Shown piece by piece: positions 9,785 to 19,029 of a DNA stretch of 64,000 bases. Source of the DNA: Escherichia phage vB_EcoM_PTE-Eco09. The stretch lies in sequence record PQ306574.1. One strand, written 5' to 3'. Numbering within the stretch: the stretch's first letter is position 1; each line of letters starts with the position of its first letter. Below the pieces are notes generated by a model that was given only the letters and a program-made list of their open reading frames with translations, ran no database searches and had not been told where the DNA came from. The translations under genes were made by a program, and so were the position numbers.

Positions 9785-11193
9785 TTAAAACTATCTTTTC
9801 ACAGTTGATTTACAATGGCGCATTCTTTACGAATGTATGGCCTCACCTTAAAGCGGACTACTTCACCGAAGACGAAGAAAAACTGATTTATAAGCTGATT
9901 AAAAAGCACGTAGACGAATATTCCAACATTCCTACGCCAACTGCATTACAGATTGCTTTAGACAAGGAGAGAGGCAATCAGACAACATATGAAGGGGCTA
10001 AAACTCTTCTTGATTCGCTTGAGAATACACCGGAAGACCTTGATTGGTTAATGAAGGAAACCGAAAAATTTATTCGTGACCGTGCCATGTATAATGCAAT
10101 GTCACGGGCGCTAGAGATTCAGGCGAACGCACAACTACCAAAAGAGAAACAGAATAAGAAATTGCCGAGTGAGGGTGCTATTCCTGAGATCATGCAGGAA
10201 GCACTATCCATTACGTTTGATTCTGATGTAGGTCATGACTGGTTTAATGACTTTGAAAAACGATTCTTGCTATATCAGACTAAGGCGAATAAGATCCCGT
10301 TTAAGCTGCCGATGTTGAATAAAATCACGAAAGGAGGTGCGGAAAGAAAAACGCTAAATGTGTTGCTTGCTGGTGTAAATGTTGGTAAATCGCTTGGATT
10401 ATGTTCTCTTGCTGCGGATTATATGGAATGTGGTTATGATGTATTGTATATCTCAATGGAGATGGCAGAGCATGTCGTAGCCAAACGTATCGACGCAAAC
10501 TTGCTTGACATTACATTAGATGAATTGGATAATGGTAATGTTTCTTTTGCGGAATATTCCGCACGTATGAAGCGTGTTAAGAATAAGAAGATCGGAGATC
10601 GTCCGGTTGGAAAATTGATGATCAAGCAGTATCCGACTGGTGGCGCGAACTCCAATCACTTTGAGGCGTTAATGAATGAATTGCGACTCAAGAAACAGTT
10701 TAAACCTGATGTTGTGATTGTTGACTATCTGGGGATTTGCGCATCGTCTCGCTTGCGTGTATACTCTGAGAATAGCTACACTCTCGTTAAAGCGATTGCG
10801 GAAGAACTTCGCGGATTTTTTGTTAAGTGGGATGTTGTTGGTTGGACTGCGGCACAAACTACCCGTGCTGGTTGGGATGCTTCCGACCTTAACATGAGTG
10901 ATACCGCTGAATCAGCAGGTCTTCCGGCTACTGCCGACTTTATGTTGGGTGTTATCGAAACCGAAGACCTGGCTAAAATGGGCGTCCAACTCATGAAGCA
11001 GATCAAGTCTCGTTACGGTGATAAGAACTATTATTCACGGTTTAACGTTGGTGTGAAAAAAGGCAATCAGCGTTGGTATGAAGTCCCAAACCAGATCGCA
11101 GATCAGGAGAATGCACAAGTTAAACCACAAAGCGCACAGCAAGCCGAGAAACGAGAAAAACTCGACGAGCTAGCAAATAACATGACTTTCTAA
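9781..11193 (+). CDS. 41: replicative DNA helicase gp41 (DnaB-like)
   Basis: 470 aa; Walker A AGVNVGKSLGL; long match to remembered T4 gp41. Confidence 0.9.
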   Translation: MIKTIFSQLIYNGAFFTNVWPHLKADYFTEDEEKLIYKLIKKHVDEYSNIPTPTALQIALDKERGNQTTYEGAKTLLDSLENTPEDLDWLMKETEKFIRDRAMYNAMSRALEIQANAQLPKEKQNKKLPSEGAIPEIMQEALSITFDSDVGHDWFNDFEKRFLLYQTKANKIPFKLPMLNKITKGGAERKTLNVLLAGVNVGKSLGLCSLAADYMECGYDVLYISMEMAEHVVAKRIDANLLDITLDELDNGNVSFAEYSARMKRVKNKKIGDRPVGKLMIKQYPTGGANSNHFEALMNELRLKKQFKPDVVIVDYLGICASSRLRVYSENSYTLVKAIAEELRGFFVKWDVVGWTAAQTTRAGWDASDLNMSDTAESAGLPATADFMLGVIETEDLAKMGVQLMKQIKSRYGDKNYYSRFNVGVKKGNQRWYEVPNQIADQENAQVKPQSAQQAEKREKLDELANNMTF

Positions 11194-11243
11194 TAAAATG
11201 CGCCCTACGGGGCGCTGGTGAATGATTTGATAGGAGATATAAC

Positions 11244-11879
11244 ATGATCGCTAATGCTTTACCGCCAAAATGGATCGTAAGTCGCTTTTATACTCTCAAG
11301 GAAGGTAACGCACCTGATGGTCGTCCGATCCGAGATCTGTTTCTGGAGATGACTACAGCCGAAGCACAGTTTTATAATGATCTGACAGACGATAAGCCAT
11401 TTCTCGTAAATTCGGTGGACCTTGATGGCAATGTCACATCAATCATCACACATGGTGGGGGAGTGAAAAATATTACTTCTCTGCGTGATCACGGTTGGGA
11501 AATTGCTTGTGTATTTCCTGCGGATGTACGCGGATTCTTTGATGAGGTATCTGATATTAAAGTAAATGCACTGGAACCATATGACGAGATCCCACCACTG
11601 AAAGAAGAAAAAGAGTTGACACCGGAAGATGTAGATAGTACACTACACCCCGACCTATTTAAGAAGATTAGCGGTTTATGGACTGTTACCCTGTATCCAA
11701 CCGCATTAGGTCTAGAATTGGGTATGCCAACTTATTCTGATATTGATAACTGGAATAAGAGCATTGATAAAGAGGTTACAAGAGAGCGAAATAATGCTAA
11801 AATGCAACTTAAAGAGAAACGCAAAGATCTTGAACGACAACTGAAAGAAACAAAACGTTTGCTTTCTACATTCGCTTGA
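11244..11879 (+). CDS. hypothetical protein
   Basis: 211-aa ORF with RBS; no motif recognised. Confidence 0.5.
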   Translation: MIANALPPKWIVSRFYTLKEGNAPDGRPIRDLFLEMTTAEAQFYNDLTDDKPFLVNSVDLDGNVTSIITHGGGVKNITSLRDHGWEIACVFPADVRGFFDEVSDIKVNALEPYDEIPPLKEEKELTPEDVDSTLHPDLFKKISGLWTVTLYPTALGLELGMPTYSDIDNWNKSIDKEVTRERNNAKMQLKEKRKDLERQLKETKRLLSTFA

Positions 11880-11909
11880 TCTATAATGAAACTCTAAGGA
11901 GACGATATT

Positions 11910-12287
11910 ATGAAAAATATGATTACGCCGGAAGATGTAGCATTCAAAACCGCATTCAACGGAGATATTCTTATTTTTATCGACGGTAAACACGCCGGAA
12001 TGATTGAACCGGAAGGTCGCTGGGGTGTTGCTGAACTATATAACGTGGCGGGTGTAGAAGGTCATAAAACAGCACTTGTTTTCTTGTCAGATAAAGATCA
12101 AATGCGTCGAAAAATTGCTGCGCTCTATAATGAAGCAGTATATTTCTACGAACCGTTTCATCGTATTAAAACGATCTCCCGCGTGACTCGAAAAGATGTT
12201 AATGCTTGTGTTATCAAGATTGTAGAGAATCAGGATAAACTGACGAAAGACCAGATTGTTGACTTACTGAAAGAGATTATTCTATGA
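11910..12287 (+). CDS. hypothetical protein
   Basis: 125-aa ORF with RBS. Confidence 0.5.
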   Translation: MKNMITPEDVAFKTAFNGDILIFIDGKHAGMIEPEGRWGVAELYNVAGVEGHKTALVFLSDKDQMRRKIAALYNEAVYFYEPFHRIKTISRVTRKDVNACVIKIVENQDKLTKDQIVDLLKEIIL

Positions 12288-12460
12288 TTGGATTTAAACA
12301 GTTTGTTGAAGAAAATAAACTCAAAGAAGATATGACCGCTGGCGATGCTGGCGGCAATCCTGAGAAGATCGCAGCAGGGGAAACGAGCGGATCTATTACC
12401 AATCGTGGACCTAGTGTAGCGGGTAAAGAAAAACGCAAAAAGGAGAAAGACGGTGCTTAG
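12284..12460 (+). CDS. hypothetical small protein
   Basis: 58-aa ORF, ATGA overlap with the upstream gene. Confidence 0.35.
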   Translation: MIGFKQFVEENKLKEDMTAGDAGGNPEKIAAGETSGSITNRGPSVAGKEKRKKEKDGA

Positions 12461-12467
12461 TATCATC

Positions 12468-12611
12468 ATGTTTATCGTTGGCTTGCTGTCCGCTATTATC
12501 GGTGTTGTTGTTTTCGGATTATCTGGACACAAAACAAAAACAGAAAAGTTATCCGAGATCACAATGTATGTTGGTGTAGTTCTCATTCTGTTGTCGGTGG
12601 CGCTTAAATGA
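12468..12611 (+). CDS. small membrane protein (two predicted TM helices)
   Basis: 47-aa ORF MFIVGLLSAIIGVVVFGL...YVGVVLILLSVALK; the antisense track ORF 12230-12586 is judged spurious. Confidence 0.35.
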   Translation: MFIVGLLSAIIGVVVFGLSGHKTKTEKLSEITMYVGVVLILLSVALK

Positions 12612-12811
12612 TTACGATGAAATGTCTTAAAAGCACATATGCACTTTTTGAAGCCGGAAAAGAATATGAATTTACAGAACTTGATTCGGTAGGCCGTTTT
12701 CGTGTATTCTCTTACACATCGCCAGATGGTAGTGTATACAAATTTGGCTTAGATGAAAACGGAGAGAATGAAAATGAAAGTGTAGGAACTTTCATGAAAT
12801 TTGAGCTATAA
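12608..12811 (+). CDS. hypothetical protein
   Basis: 67-aa ORF. Confidence 0.4.
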   Translation: MITMKCLKSTYALFEAGKEYEFTELDSVGRFRVFSYTSPDGSVYKFGLDENGENENESVGTFMKFEL

Positions 12812-12820
12812 GAGGTTATT

Positions 12821-13849
12821 ATGATTTACTACGCAGATTATGAAATAGCGGAAAAAGCCATATACGGCGAACGAAATTTTAAACGGTTGCATACTAGCTC
12901 ATTTACGCTGGTCTGTAGTTGTCCGATCTGCGGTGACTCAAAGAAAAATCATACTCAAGCGCGATTCCGTATCTATACCTATAAAGATAGTTTGCGTTGC
13001 GGCTGTTTCAACTGTAACTACAATCAGCCGTTAGGTGAATTTCTCAAACAGTATAAGCCGGACCTATTCAGGGAATGGCTTATGGAACGACGGAAGGAAC
13101 AAGGCGACCACAAGAACACCACGTTCAAGCCACTGAAAAAGGTAGAAAAGCCGGAGATTAAGAAAGTGCAAACATTGCCTTTCTGCGAGAGATTAGATAC
13201 TCTTCCGGCTAATCATCCTATAATAAAGTATGTCAGTGATCGTTGCATTCCCCACGATAAATGGGATCTTCTGTATTTCACGAGAGAATGGCAAAAGGTA
13301 GCAAATCACATTAAGGCTGATACTTTCAAGAATCCACAACCTGAACCGCGTTTAGTTATTCCTATCTTTAACCGCGAGAACAAGATAGAATCCGTTCAGG
13401 GGCGAGCATTGAGAAAGGATTACGGAAAGACCAAATATATGACGATTAAAACTCACGAGTTAGCGAGTAAGGTCTATGGTCTTGAACGCGCCGATCCGAG
13501 TAAACCAGTGTATTTCTTAGAAGGTCCGATCGATTCATTGTTTATTGATAACGGGTGTGCAATTACTGGCGGTACGTTGGGATTAGATGAAATCCCTTTC
13601 CCAGACCAGCGAGTGTTTGTACTTGATGCGGAACCACGGTCTGCCGATACAATGCACCGACTGGAAAAGTTTATCAATGCAGGGGAAAAGATTGTTTTGT
13701 GGGATCGCTGCCCGTGGCATTCTAAAGACGTTAACGCCATGATTCAGGACGAGGGCGCTACACGCGACCAGATCATGGAATACATCAAAGAGAACACCGT
13801 ACAAGGTCTGATGGCTAAAATGCGGTTTATGAAATATTGTAAATTTTAA
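12821..13849 (+). CDS. 61: DNA primase gp61
   Basis: 342 aa; N-terminal zinc finger CSCPICGDSKKN...CGCFNC; TOPRIM-like acidic motifs. Confidence 0.85.
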   Translation: MIYYADYEIAEKAIYGERNFKRLHTSSFTLVCSCPICGDSKKNHTQARFRIYTYKDSLRCGCFNCNYNQPLGEFLKQYKPDLFREWLMERRKEQGDHKNTTFKPLKKVEKPEIKKVQTLPFCERLDTLPANHPIIKYVSDRCIPHDKWDLLYFTREWQKVANHIKADTFKNPQPEPRLVIPIFNRENKIESVQGRALRKDYGKTKYMTIKTHELASKVYGLERADPSKPVYFLEGPIDSLFIDNGCAITGGTLGLDEIPFPDQRVFVLDAEPRSADTMHRLEKFINAGEKIVLWDRCPWHSKDVNAMIQDEGATRDQIMEYIKENTVQGLMAKMRFMKYCKF

Positions 13850-13863
13850 TTAATGAGGTGAAT

Positions 13864-14382
13864 ATGTCAGAATTTAATTCTTGTGCTGGTCTGGTTAACG
13901 AAAAAGATATTAACGCGGCTATCGCCGCATATCATCACGCTATTGCAGAAGGTAAAGATCCGTTTCAGGTGATGCTCGAAATGCAAACTGGTTTGCAGGT
14001 TGCATTATCCGAAAAATTTGATTGGGTCCCAAATCCAACTAAGCTAGAGACTTGCGGTGAAATGCTGGATTGGATGCAACGGATGGATGACGCTATCGCA
14101 GACGAAACACGAGAGCTTTACACATCGCTGGGTGGAATGTCCAATGGTAAAGATGCAAGTGCAATCTGGAAAATGTGGAAAAAGAACCACGGAGAAGCGC
14201 GAGCGCGTAAATTCTCTGAACTGTCACCGGAAGATCAGCTTGAAGTGAAATTTGAATTTGTGGACGCGATCCACTTCATTCTGTCAAAGATGATCCCGCT
14301 GGGTATTGACGCTCAAGAACTCTTTATTCTGTACTATCTGAAAAATGCTGAAAACTTCGCCCGTCAAGAACGCGGCTACTAA
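13864..14382 (+). CDS. putative dNTP pyrophosphatase (gp56 dCTPase-like)
   Basis: About 172 aa at the position where T4 has gene 56; acidic helical protein. Assignment tentative. Confidence 0.4.
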   Translation: MSEFNSCAGLVNEKDINAAIAAYHHAIAEGKDPFQVMLEMQTGLQVALSEKFDWVPNPTKLETCGEMLDWMQRMDDAIADETRELYTSLGGMSNGKDASAIWKMWKKNHGEARARKFSELSPEDQLEVKFEFVDAIHFILSKMIPLGIDAQELFILYYLKNAENFARQERGY

Positions 14383-14418
14383 AAATTAGTTGACACTACT
14401 CTATAATGGTTTTATTAT

Positions 14419-14442
14419 GCCTCCCGTCGAAAGATTGGAGGC
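14419..14442 (+). promoter_or_regulatory. 5' leader hairpin immediately upstream of the ADP-ribosyltransferase-like gene
   Basis: GCCTCC-CGTCGAAAGATT-GGAGGC followed by TTTTTTATT and ATG 14452. Confidence 0.4.
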
Positions 14443-14451
14443 TTTTTTATT

Positions 14452-14955
14452 ATGCAATTTACACCAGAAGAACTTAACATCATTGATGAAGTGATGAACT
14501 CTAAAGAAAATATCGATATGTCGATCCTTAATGGATTGATTGAAAAGACTGAGCGGTTAGTGCATCATGAAGCCTTGTATCGCGGTGTGAGCAAAAGAGA
14601 AGGCCGTAAGCTGGATACCTTAATTGTGGGTGATTCTTTCGTTGTAGAGCGTCCTATGAGCTTTACGCCACTACAATCAACAGCAGAGGACTTTGCAACC
14701 GATGTTTATGCAACAGGAAAGATTATTGCAATAAAACCTACCAAGCCTTGCATGAATTATTACGAACATGCTATTGACCGAGTGGTGTCTAAAGAGTATG
14801 ACAATCCGACTACTCGACTGTCTTTGTATGCTATGTTGGCAGATGAGCGCGAGTGCATATACAAGACAGGGACGACCATGATCCTTGATGAGATCGAGGA
14901 AGTTTACGCGTGTAACGGCGATCTGATAGAGATTTACAAATTTTCTTTAATTTAA
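14452..14955 (+). CDS. putative ADP-ribosyltransferase (Mod/Alt-like, R-S-ExE type)
   Basis: Ordered motifs LYRG (Arg), SFT (STS-like) and ERE (ExE); located near dda where T4 has modA/modB. Confidence 0.5.
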   Translation: MQFTPEELNIIDEVMNSKENIDMSILNGLIEKTERLVHHEALYRGVSKREGRKLDTLIVGDSFVVERPMSFTPLQSTAEDFATDVYATGKIIAIKPTKPCMNYYEHAIDRVVSKEYDNPTTRLSLYAMLADERECIYKTGTTMILDEIEEVYACNGDLIEIYKFSLI

Positions 14956-14958
14956 GTG

Positions 14959-14987
14959 TTGACAGCACAAACCAGATAGACAATAAT
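14959..14987 (+). promoter_or_regulatory. sigma70-like early promoter
   Basis: TTGACA with an A/T-rich -10 17 nt downstream. Confidence 0.45.
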
Positions 14988-15016
14988 ACACACATACCAA
15001 CTAAGGAGAATCAATT

Positions 15017-15772
15017 ATGAAACTGTTTGCTTTTAAATCTAACGAAGAATTGGCGCTGGTTGTTTTCCGGCTGAACTCTATCATGGCTGGTGCTTCACGT
15101 CGCAACAAAGACTTCTCTATGAGCTTAGTCACTGTTCGTAACATTTACCGTCAGACTCATTGTGCCTATTCAGGTGAGGCTTTCGGTGAAGGTGATGACG
15201 GACTCTCCTTAGAGCGCATTGATTGCAATCTGGGATATGTTGATGGCAATGTAATTCCGGTTAAACTGAAATACAATTCTTTCCGTGGAAATCACACTAT
15301 CGAATCTCTTAAAGAGATCCAGGAACTGGGAACTAACGGTAAACTTTCTGATGATGAAATTGCCCTACGTGCGAAGTACATCGAGTGGATCGAACTTAAC
15401 GAGAATCGCATCAAAAATCAGGAAATGGCAATCGAAGAAAAGAAATTAGCAATCGAGCGCCACAAAAAGCACAACGAACCGGAGAAAGCAGAGGCAGCCG
15501 AGCGAGCGATTAAAAATACTCTCTTCCGTATGGAAGAACGTTATCAGAAAATTGCAGATCTCAAGCAAGCACTTAGCGAAATCAACAAGAAAGAAGAAAA
15601 ACTTAAGGCTATTGCAAACAATACCGAAATCGTGCTAAAATATACCAGCGTTTTGATTGAATCTCTTTCTAAGTATGAGAACTTAACGCCAGCACAAAAA
15701 GAACGCGTGAAATACGGGCTTCCGATTGATGCGTCGTGGATTGAATTGATGAAAGCGAAGGTAGGTTTATAA
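15017..15772 (+). CDS. hypothetical protein with degenerate HNH-like motif and long coiled-coil C-terminus
   Basis: HCAYSGEAF...LERIDCNLGYVDGNVIPV...NSFRGN resembles an HNH core with the catalytic His replaced; remainder charged and helical. Confidence 0.45.
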   Translation: MKLFAFKSNEELALVVFRLNSIMAGASRRNKDFSMSLVTVRNIYRQTHCAYSGEAFGEGDDGLSLERIDCNLGYVDGNVIPVKLKYNSFRGNHTIESLKEIQELGTNGKLSDDEIALRAKYIEWIELNENRIKNQEMAIEEKKLAIERHKKHNEPEKAEAAERAIKNTLFRMEERYQKIADLKQALSEINKKEEKLKAIANNTEIVLKYTSVLIESLSKYENLTPAQKERVKYGLPIDASWIELMKAKVGL

Positions 15773-16086
15773 TGCATGTATTTGCTGTATGTTATCGTGA
15801 TAAAGACGGATTCTTTCAATACTCAGTGGACGCGAAAGGTCGCGTCCTAACTTGCGAAACACATGATGCTGCGTTAGCGTCAATGTGTGATCAGATAGAT
15901 TATTGTGAGAGTCTATTGGCTGGTGAACCGAAATACAAGGTTGTACCTAAACGAAAATTTGGCATAATCCGGTCTTCTGAAATTGTTCGGGATGGTATCG
16001 AATATAAAATTCCTGAATATGAAAAAGAACGGGTACGGCGAGAACTCAATACTATCTGTGTTCGCAAGGTGAGGATTTTAGGATAA
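15772..16086 (+). CDS. hypothetical protein
   Basis: 104-aa ORF, ATGA overlap with neighbours. Confidence 0.45.
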   Translation: MHVFAVCYRDKDGFFQYSVDAKGRVLTCETHDAALASMCDQIDYCESLLAGEPKYKVVPKRKFGIIRSSEIVRDGIEYKIPEYEKERVRRELNTICVRKVRILG

Positions 16087-17477
16087 TGAGCAGAGTATTA
16101 ACTTTCGATATGTTAACAGACGGGCAAAAACATGCTTTTGATGTTCTAATGAAACGTATTGAACAAAAGAAGCATACAACTGTCCGTGGTGCGGCGGGTA
16201 CTGGTAAAACCGCAATGATGAAATTCATTGTTCAGGAAATGGTCCGCCGTGGTGTAACTGGTGTGGTTTTGGCAACGCCTACCCACCAGGCTAAAAAAGT
16301 TTTGAGTAAAGCGGTAGGTCGTCAAGCATTTACTTTACATGCACTACTGCGACTAAACCCGACCAACTATGAAGATACTCAAGTATTTGAGCAAAAAGAT
16401 ACTCCTAAGCTAGATGATGTTCAGATCATCATTGTTGATGAAGCGAGTATGGTCGATAAGAAACTATTTGATATTCTCATGAAGAGTATCAACGGTCGAA
16501 TTGTTATTATTGCCGTGGGTGATCTGTACCAGTTACGACCAGTTGATCCGAGCGGTGCAACGTCGATCTCTCCTTTCTTCACCGATGAAAGGTTTCAGAA
16601 TGTAGAACTTACAGAGATTAAACGATCTAATGCGCCAATAATTGATGTGGCGACCGCTGTCCGTAATGGTAAATGGGTATTCGAAAAGCAGTGCGGCAAC
16701 GAGGGTGTATTCCATAGCTCAACTCTGCCGGAGTTTATGAAGCATTATTTCGAAACCGTTAAAACGCCGGAAGACCTTCTAGAAAACCGTATTCTGGCCT
16801 ACACTAACAAGAGCGTCGAAAAACTCAATGAAATTGTGCGTAAGCGCGTTTATAACACCGATGAACCAGTGATTGTAGATGAAATTCTGGTTACTCAGGA
16901 ACCATTGATCGAATATCTGCGAGATGAACGCGGGAAGAAGATCCCCAATGTTATTTTTAACAATGGTGAGATGATCCGAGTTAAAGAGGTTATACCGCGC
17001 GAATTTACATTACGTTGCACGGGGGTAGATCCGCAACCAGTTTTAGGCTATACTCTGAAAGTGGAAAGCGTCGATGATGACGAAGACAAAGAAATCCTAA
17101 ATCAGAAAGTCGGTTTAGATACAGTCGGAATCACTACAGATAAACCGGATTTGGTAGAAATCAACATTCTGACAGAACAACGTCAGAAGAACATTTTCTC
17201 TATCTATCTGAATACGGTTGCCGGACAATATCGCGAAATGAAGAAAGAGAATCCAAAATTTAAACCAGATTGGGATTCATTCTGGACGATGAAGCGTATG
17301 TTCTTGAATGTAAAAGCATTACCAGCTTGCACCATTCATAAGTCACAAGGGATCAGCGTAGACCGCGTGTTCCTGTATACTCCTTGCATGTGTACAGACA
17401 ATGTTGACTTTGAATTGGCAATGCAGTTATTATATGTTGGTGTTACCCGTGCGAGGTATCGAGTAGACTATATTTGA
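16086..17477 (+). CDS. dda: DNA helicase Dda (SF1)
   Basis: 463 aa; Walker A GAAGTGKT, DEASM, QGISVDRVFLY; long match to remembered T4 Dda. Confidence 0.95.
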   Translation: MSRVLTFDMLTDGQKHAFDVLMKRIEQKKHTTVRGAAGTGKTAMMKFIVQEMVRRGVTGVVLATPTHQAKKVLSKAVGRQAFTLHALLRLNPTNYEDTQVFEQKDTPKLDDVQIIIVDEASMVDKKLFDILMKSINGRIVIIAVGDLYQLRPVDPSGATSISPFFTDERFQNVELTEIKRSNAPIIDVATAVRNGKWVFEKQCGNEGVFHSSTLPEFMKHYFETVKTPEDLLENRILAYTNKSVEKLNEIVRKRVYNTDEPVIVDEILVTQEPLIEYLRDERGKKIPNVIFNNGEMIRVKEVIPREFTLRCTGVDPQPVLGYTLKVESVDDDEDKEILNQKVGLDTVGITTDKPDLVEINILTEQRQKNIFSIYLNTVAGQYREMKKENPKFKPDWDSFWTMKRMFLNVKALPACTIHKSQGISVDRVFLYTPCMCTDNVDFELAMQLLYVGVTRARYRVDYI

Positions 17478-17487
17478 GGAAATTATT

Positions 17488-17655
17488 ATGATTATGCGAA
17501 GTATCCCCGAATTTGACGAAGTGACGGTACGCCGTCACAATGGAACTGTTACCATGTGTTTTAGTTGGGGTCATTATGGATGGAACGTATCCGGCGACAG
17601 TGAAGCTGAATGTATCAATAAAATGATCGAATATTTCACTAAGCGAGGGTTTTGA
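17488..17655 (+). CDS. hypothetical small protein
   Basis: 55 aa; C-terminus encoded by the repeat at 17611-17660. Confidence 0.35.
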   Translation: MIMRSIPEFDEVTVRRHNGTVTMCFSWGHYGWNVSGDSEAECINKMIEYFTKRGF

Positions 17656-17838
17656 TATGGCTAATGAAGCTAGAAGAAAGAAGAGTTTAGATACGCGGTG
17701 TAAGCCAACAATGACAAACGAACAGTTACAGGATTTTTTGGCCGTAGCTCTTAATTCGTCAAAAAAATCTCGTGACTACCAAGCTGTATGTATCAATAAA
17801 ATGTCAGAACATTCCACTAAGCGAGGGTTTTGATATGG
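17611..17838 (+). repeat. two copies of an approx. 50-bp direct repeat (17611-17660 and 17789-17838)
   Basis: TGTATCAATAAAATG...CACTAAGCGAGGGTTTTGATATGG repeated with about 5 mismatches. Confidence 0.7.
17657..17833 (+). CDS. hypothetical small protein
   Basis: 58 aa; C-terminus ...CINKMSEHSTKRGF parallels the preceding ORF. Confidence 0.35.
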   Translation: MANEARRKKSLDTRCKPTMTNEQLQDFLAVALNSSKKSRDYQAVCINKMSEHSTKRGF

Positions 17839-18077
17839 TTGTTATTAATAATGTGGCTAATGTAATACATCTACAATCAATTGTCGCGTGGAACCGTCAA
17901 AAGATTCATTGTGACTATGCACAACATGTAATGAATTTTAACAACAAAGTACGCGCATACATGGCAACGGAACGACTGTTAACCGATAATTACGGTAACG
18001 GGATTATTGATTGTAGCGGTTTCATTCTGGATAAAAACGATCTGGAGTTGTTCCGGCATATCGCGGAGGATATTTAA
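17835..18077 (+). CDS. hypothetical protein
   Basis: 80-aa ORF from the ATG at 17835. Confidence 0.4.
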   Translation: MVVINNVANVIHLQSIVAWNRQKIHCDYAQHVMNFNNKVRAYMATERLLTDNYGNGIIDCSGFILDKNDLELFRHIAEDI

Positions 18078-18078
18078 A

Positions 18079-18747
18079 ATGCTTCCAGTGGATTTAATGA
18101 TTGACTTTGAAAGTTTAGGTTATCCGCCTGATGGGGCGGTTATCAATATGGCGGCAATCGGATTTAAAGAAGATCCGCACAACCCACCTACATTTAAAGA
18201 ACTGGTTGACAATTCCTTTCTGGTAAAATTTGATATTCCTTCCCAGAAAGGTGTAAGGGTGTTTGATCATGGTGTGGTTGAATGGTGGAAGAGTACCGCC
18301 TCAGAAGGCATGAGAAAGCAATTAATCACAAATGGTACGGAAGTATCAACTAAAGAAGGTTTAGCGCGTTTTAACGCATTCTGTGAAGCCGTAGGGGTAG
18401 ATCCGGTTAAATCCGTATTGTGGTCACGCGGTAATGCGTTTGATATTCCGTTACTAGTTGATATGATCCGCCGTGCACACAATACACGAGAGACGTTCAA
18501 TCTTGAACCTGTGCGATTCTGGAATATCCGAGATGTTCGCACCGCCATTGAGCGTACATTGATGCATCGCGGGATGTGTGAGTGTCCGTTACCAATGGGT
18601 ACGCTAGATGGTTTTATCGCACATGATGCAATTCATGATTGCGCTCGCGATATTCTTATGCTAATCTATGCACAACGTTATGCTATGGGTCTGGAAGACC
18701 TACCAGAAAATCCAGATCCAAATTCAGTTAAGAAACAAAGGGGATAA
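18079..18747 (+). CDS. dexA: exonuclease A (DexA, DEDD-type 3'-5' exonuclease)
   Basis: 222 aa; IDFES, GTLDGFIAHDAIHDCARDILM, YAMGLED closely match remembered T4 DexA; adjacent to dda. Confidence 0.85.
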   Translation: MLPVDLMIDFESLGYPPDGAVINMAAIGFKEDPHNPPTFKELVDNSFLVKFDIPSQKGVRVFDHGVVEWWKSTASEGMRKQLITNGTEVSTKEGLARFNAFCEAVGVDPVKSVLWSRGNAFDIPLLVDMIRRAHNTRETFNLEPVRFWNIRDVRTAIERTLMHRGMCECPLPMGTLDGFIAHDAIHDCARDILMLIYAQRYAMGLEDLPENPDPNSVKKQRG

Positions 18748-18748
18748 T

Positions 18749-18922
18749 ATGCCATTATACGATTATTCTTGTGAAGAACACGGTCAATTTCAGAAAATCC
18801 GCAAAATTTTCGAGCGTGAAAAGGCAGAATGCCCTGAATGTGGGAAAGAATGTAAACAGGGATTAACTGCCCCGCGCGGGATTAATGGCGGGTATTACGA
18901 TAAAAATGTGCGCGTGTCATGA
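18749..18922 (+). CDS. small zinc-ribbon protein (FmdB-like CxxC...CxxC)
   Basis: MPLYDYSCEEHG...CPECGKEC. Confidence 0.5.
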   Translation: MPLYDYSCEEHGQFQKIRKIFEREKAECPECGKECKQGLTAPRGINGGYYDKNVRVS

Positions 18923-18954
18923 GTCATATACTTGACAATCACTCAATTTTTAAT

Positions 18955-19029
18955 ATGATTGTTGCAGCCGTCTTTGTGGCGGTTGCAGTAAGTTATGGTT
19001 ATGTTATGAAGAGGTTTAATAATGAGTGA
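18955..19029 (+). CDS. tiny hydrophobic leader ORF overlapping the gene 39 start
   Basis: 24 codons (MIVAAVFVAVAVSYGYVMKRFNNE); its stop overlaps ATG 19022. Confidence 0.25.
   Translation: MIVAAVFVAVAVSYGYVMKRFNNE

Noticed and set aside
12230-12586. Minus-strand track ORFs antisense to annotated genes (for example 12230-12586, 35406-35882, 40220-40543, 40766-41263, 46938-47540, 50834-51250, 55372-55719)
   Set aside because: They lie antisense to well-supported genes with recognisable homology, lack an RBS and have low-complexity or skewed composition; judged spurious.
14389-14407. TTGACA/TATAAT pair as a canonical sigma70 promoter
   Set aside because: The spacer is only about 7 nt; the real promoter elements are probably different. 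Retained only as part of the regulatory leader finding.
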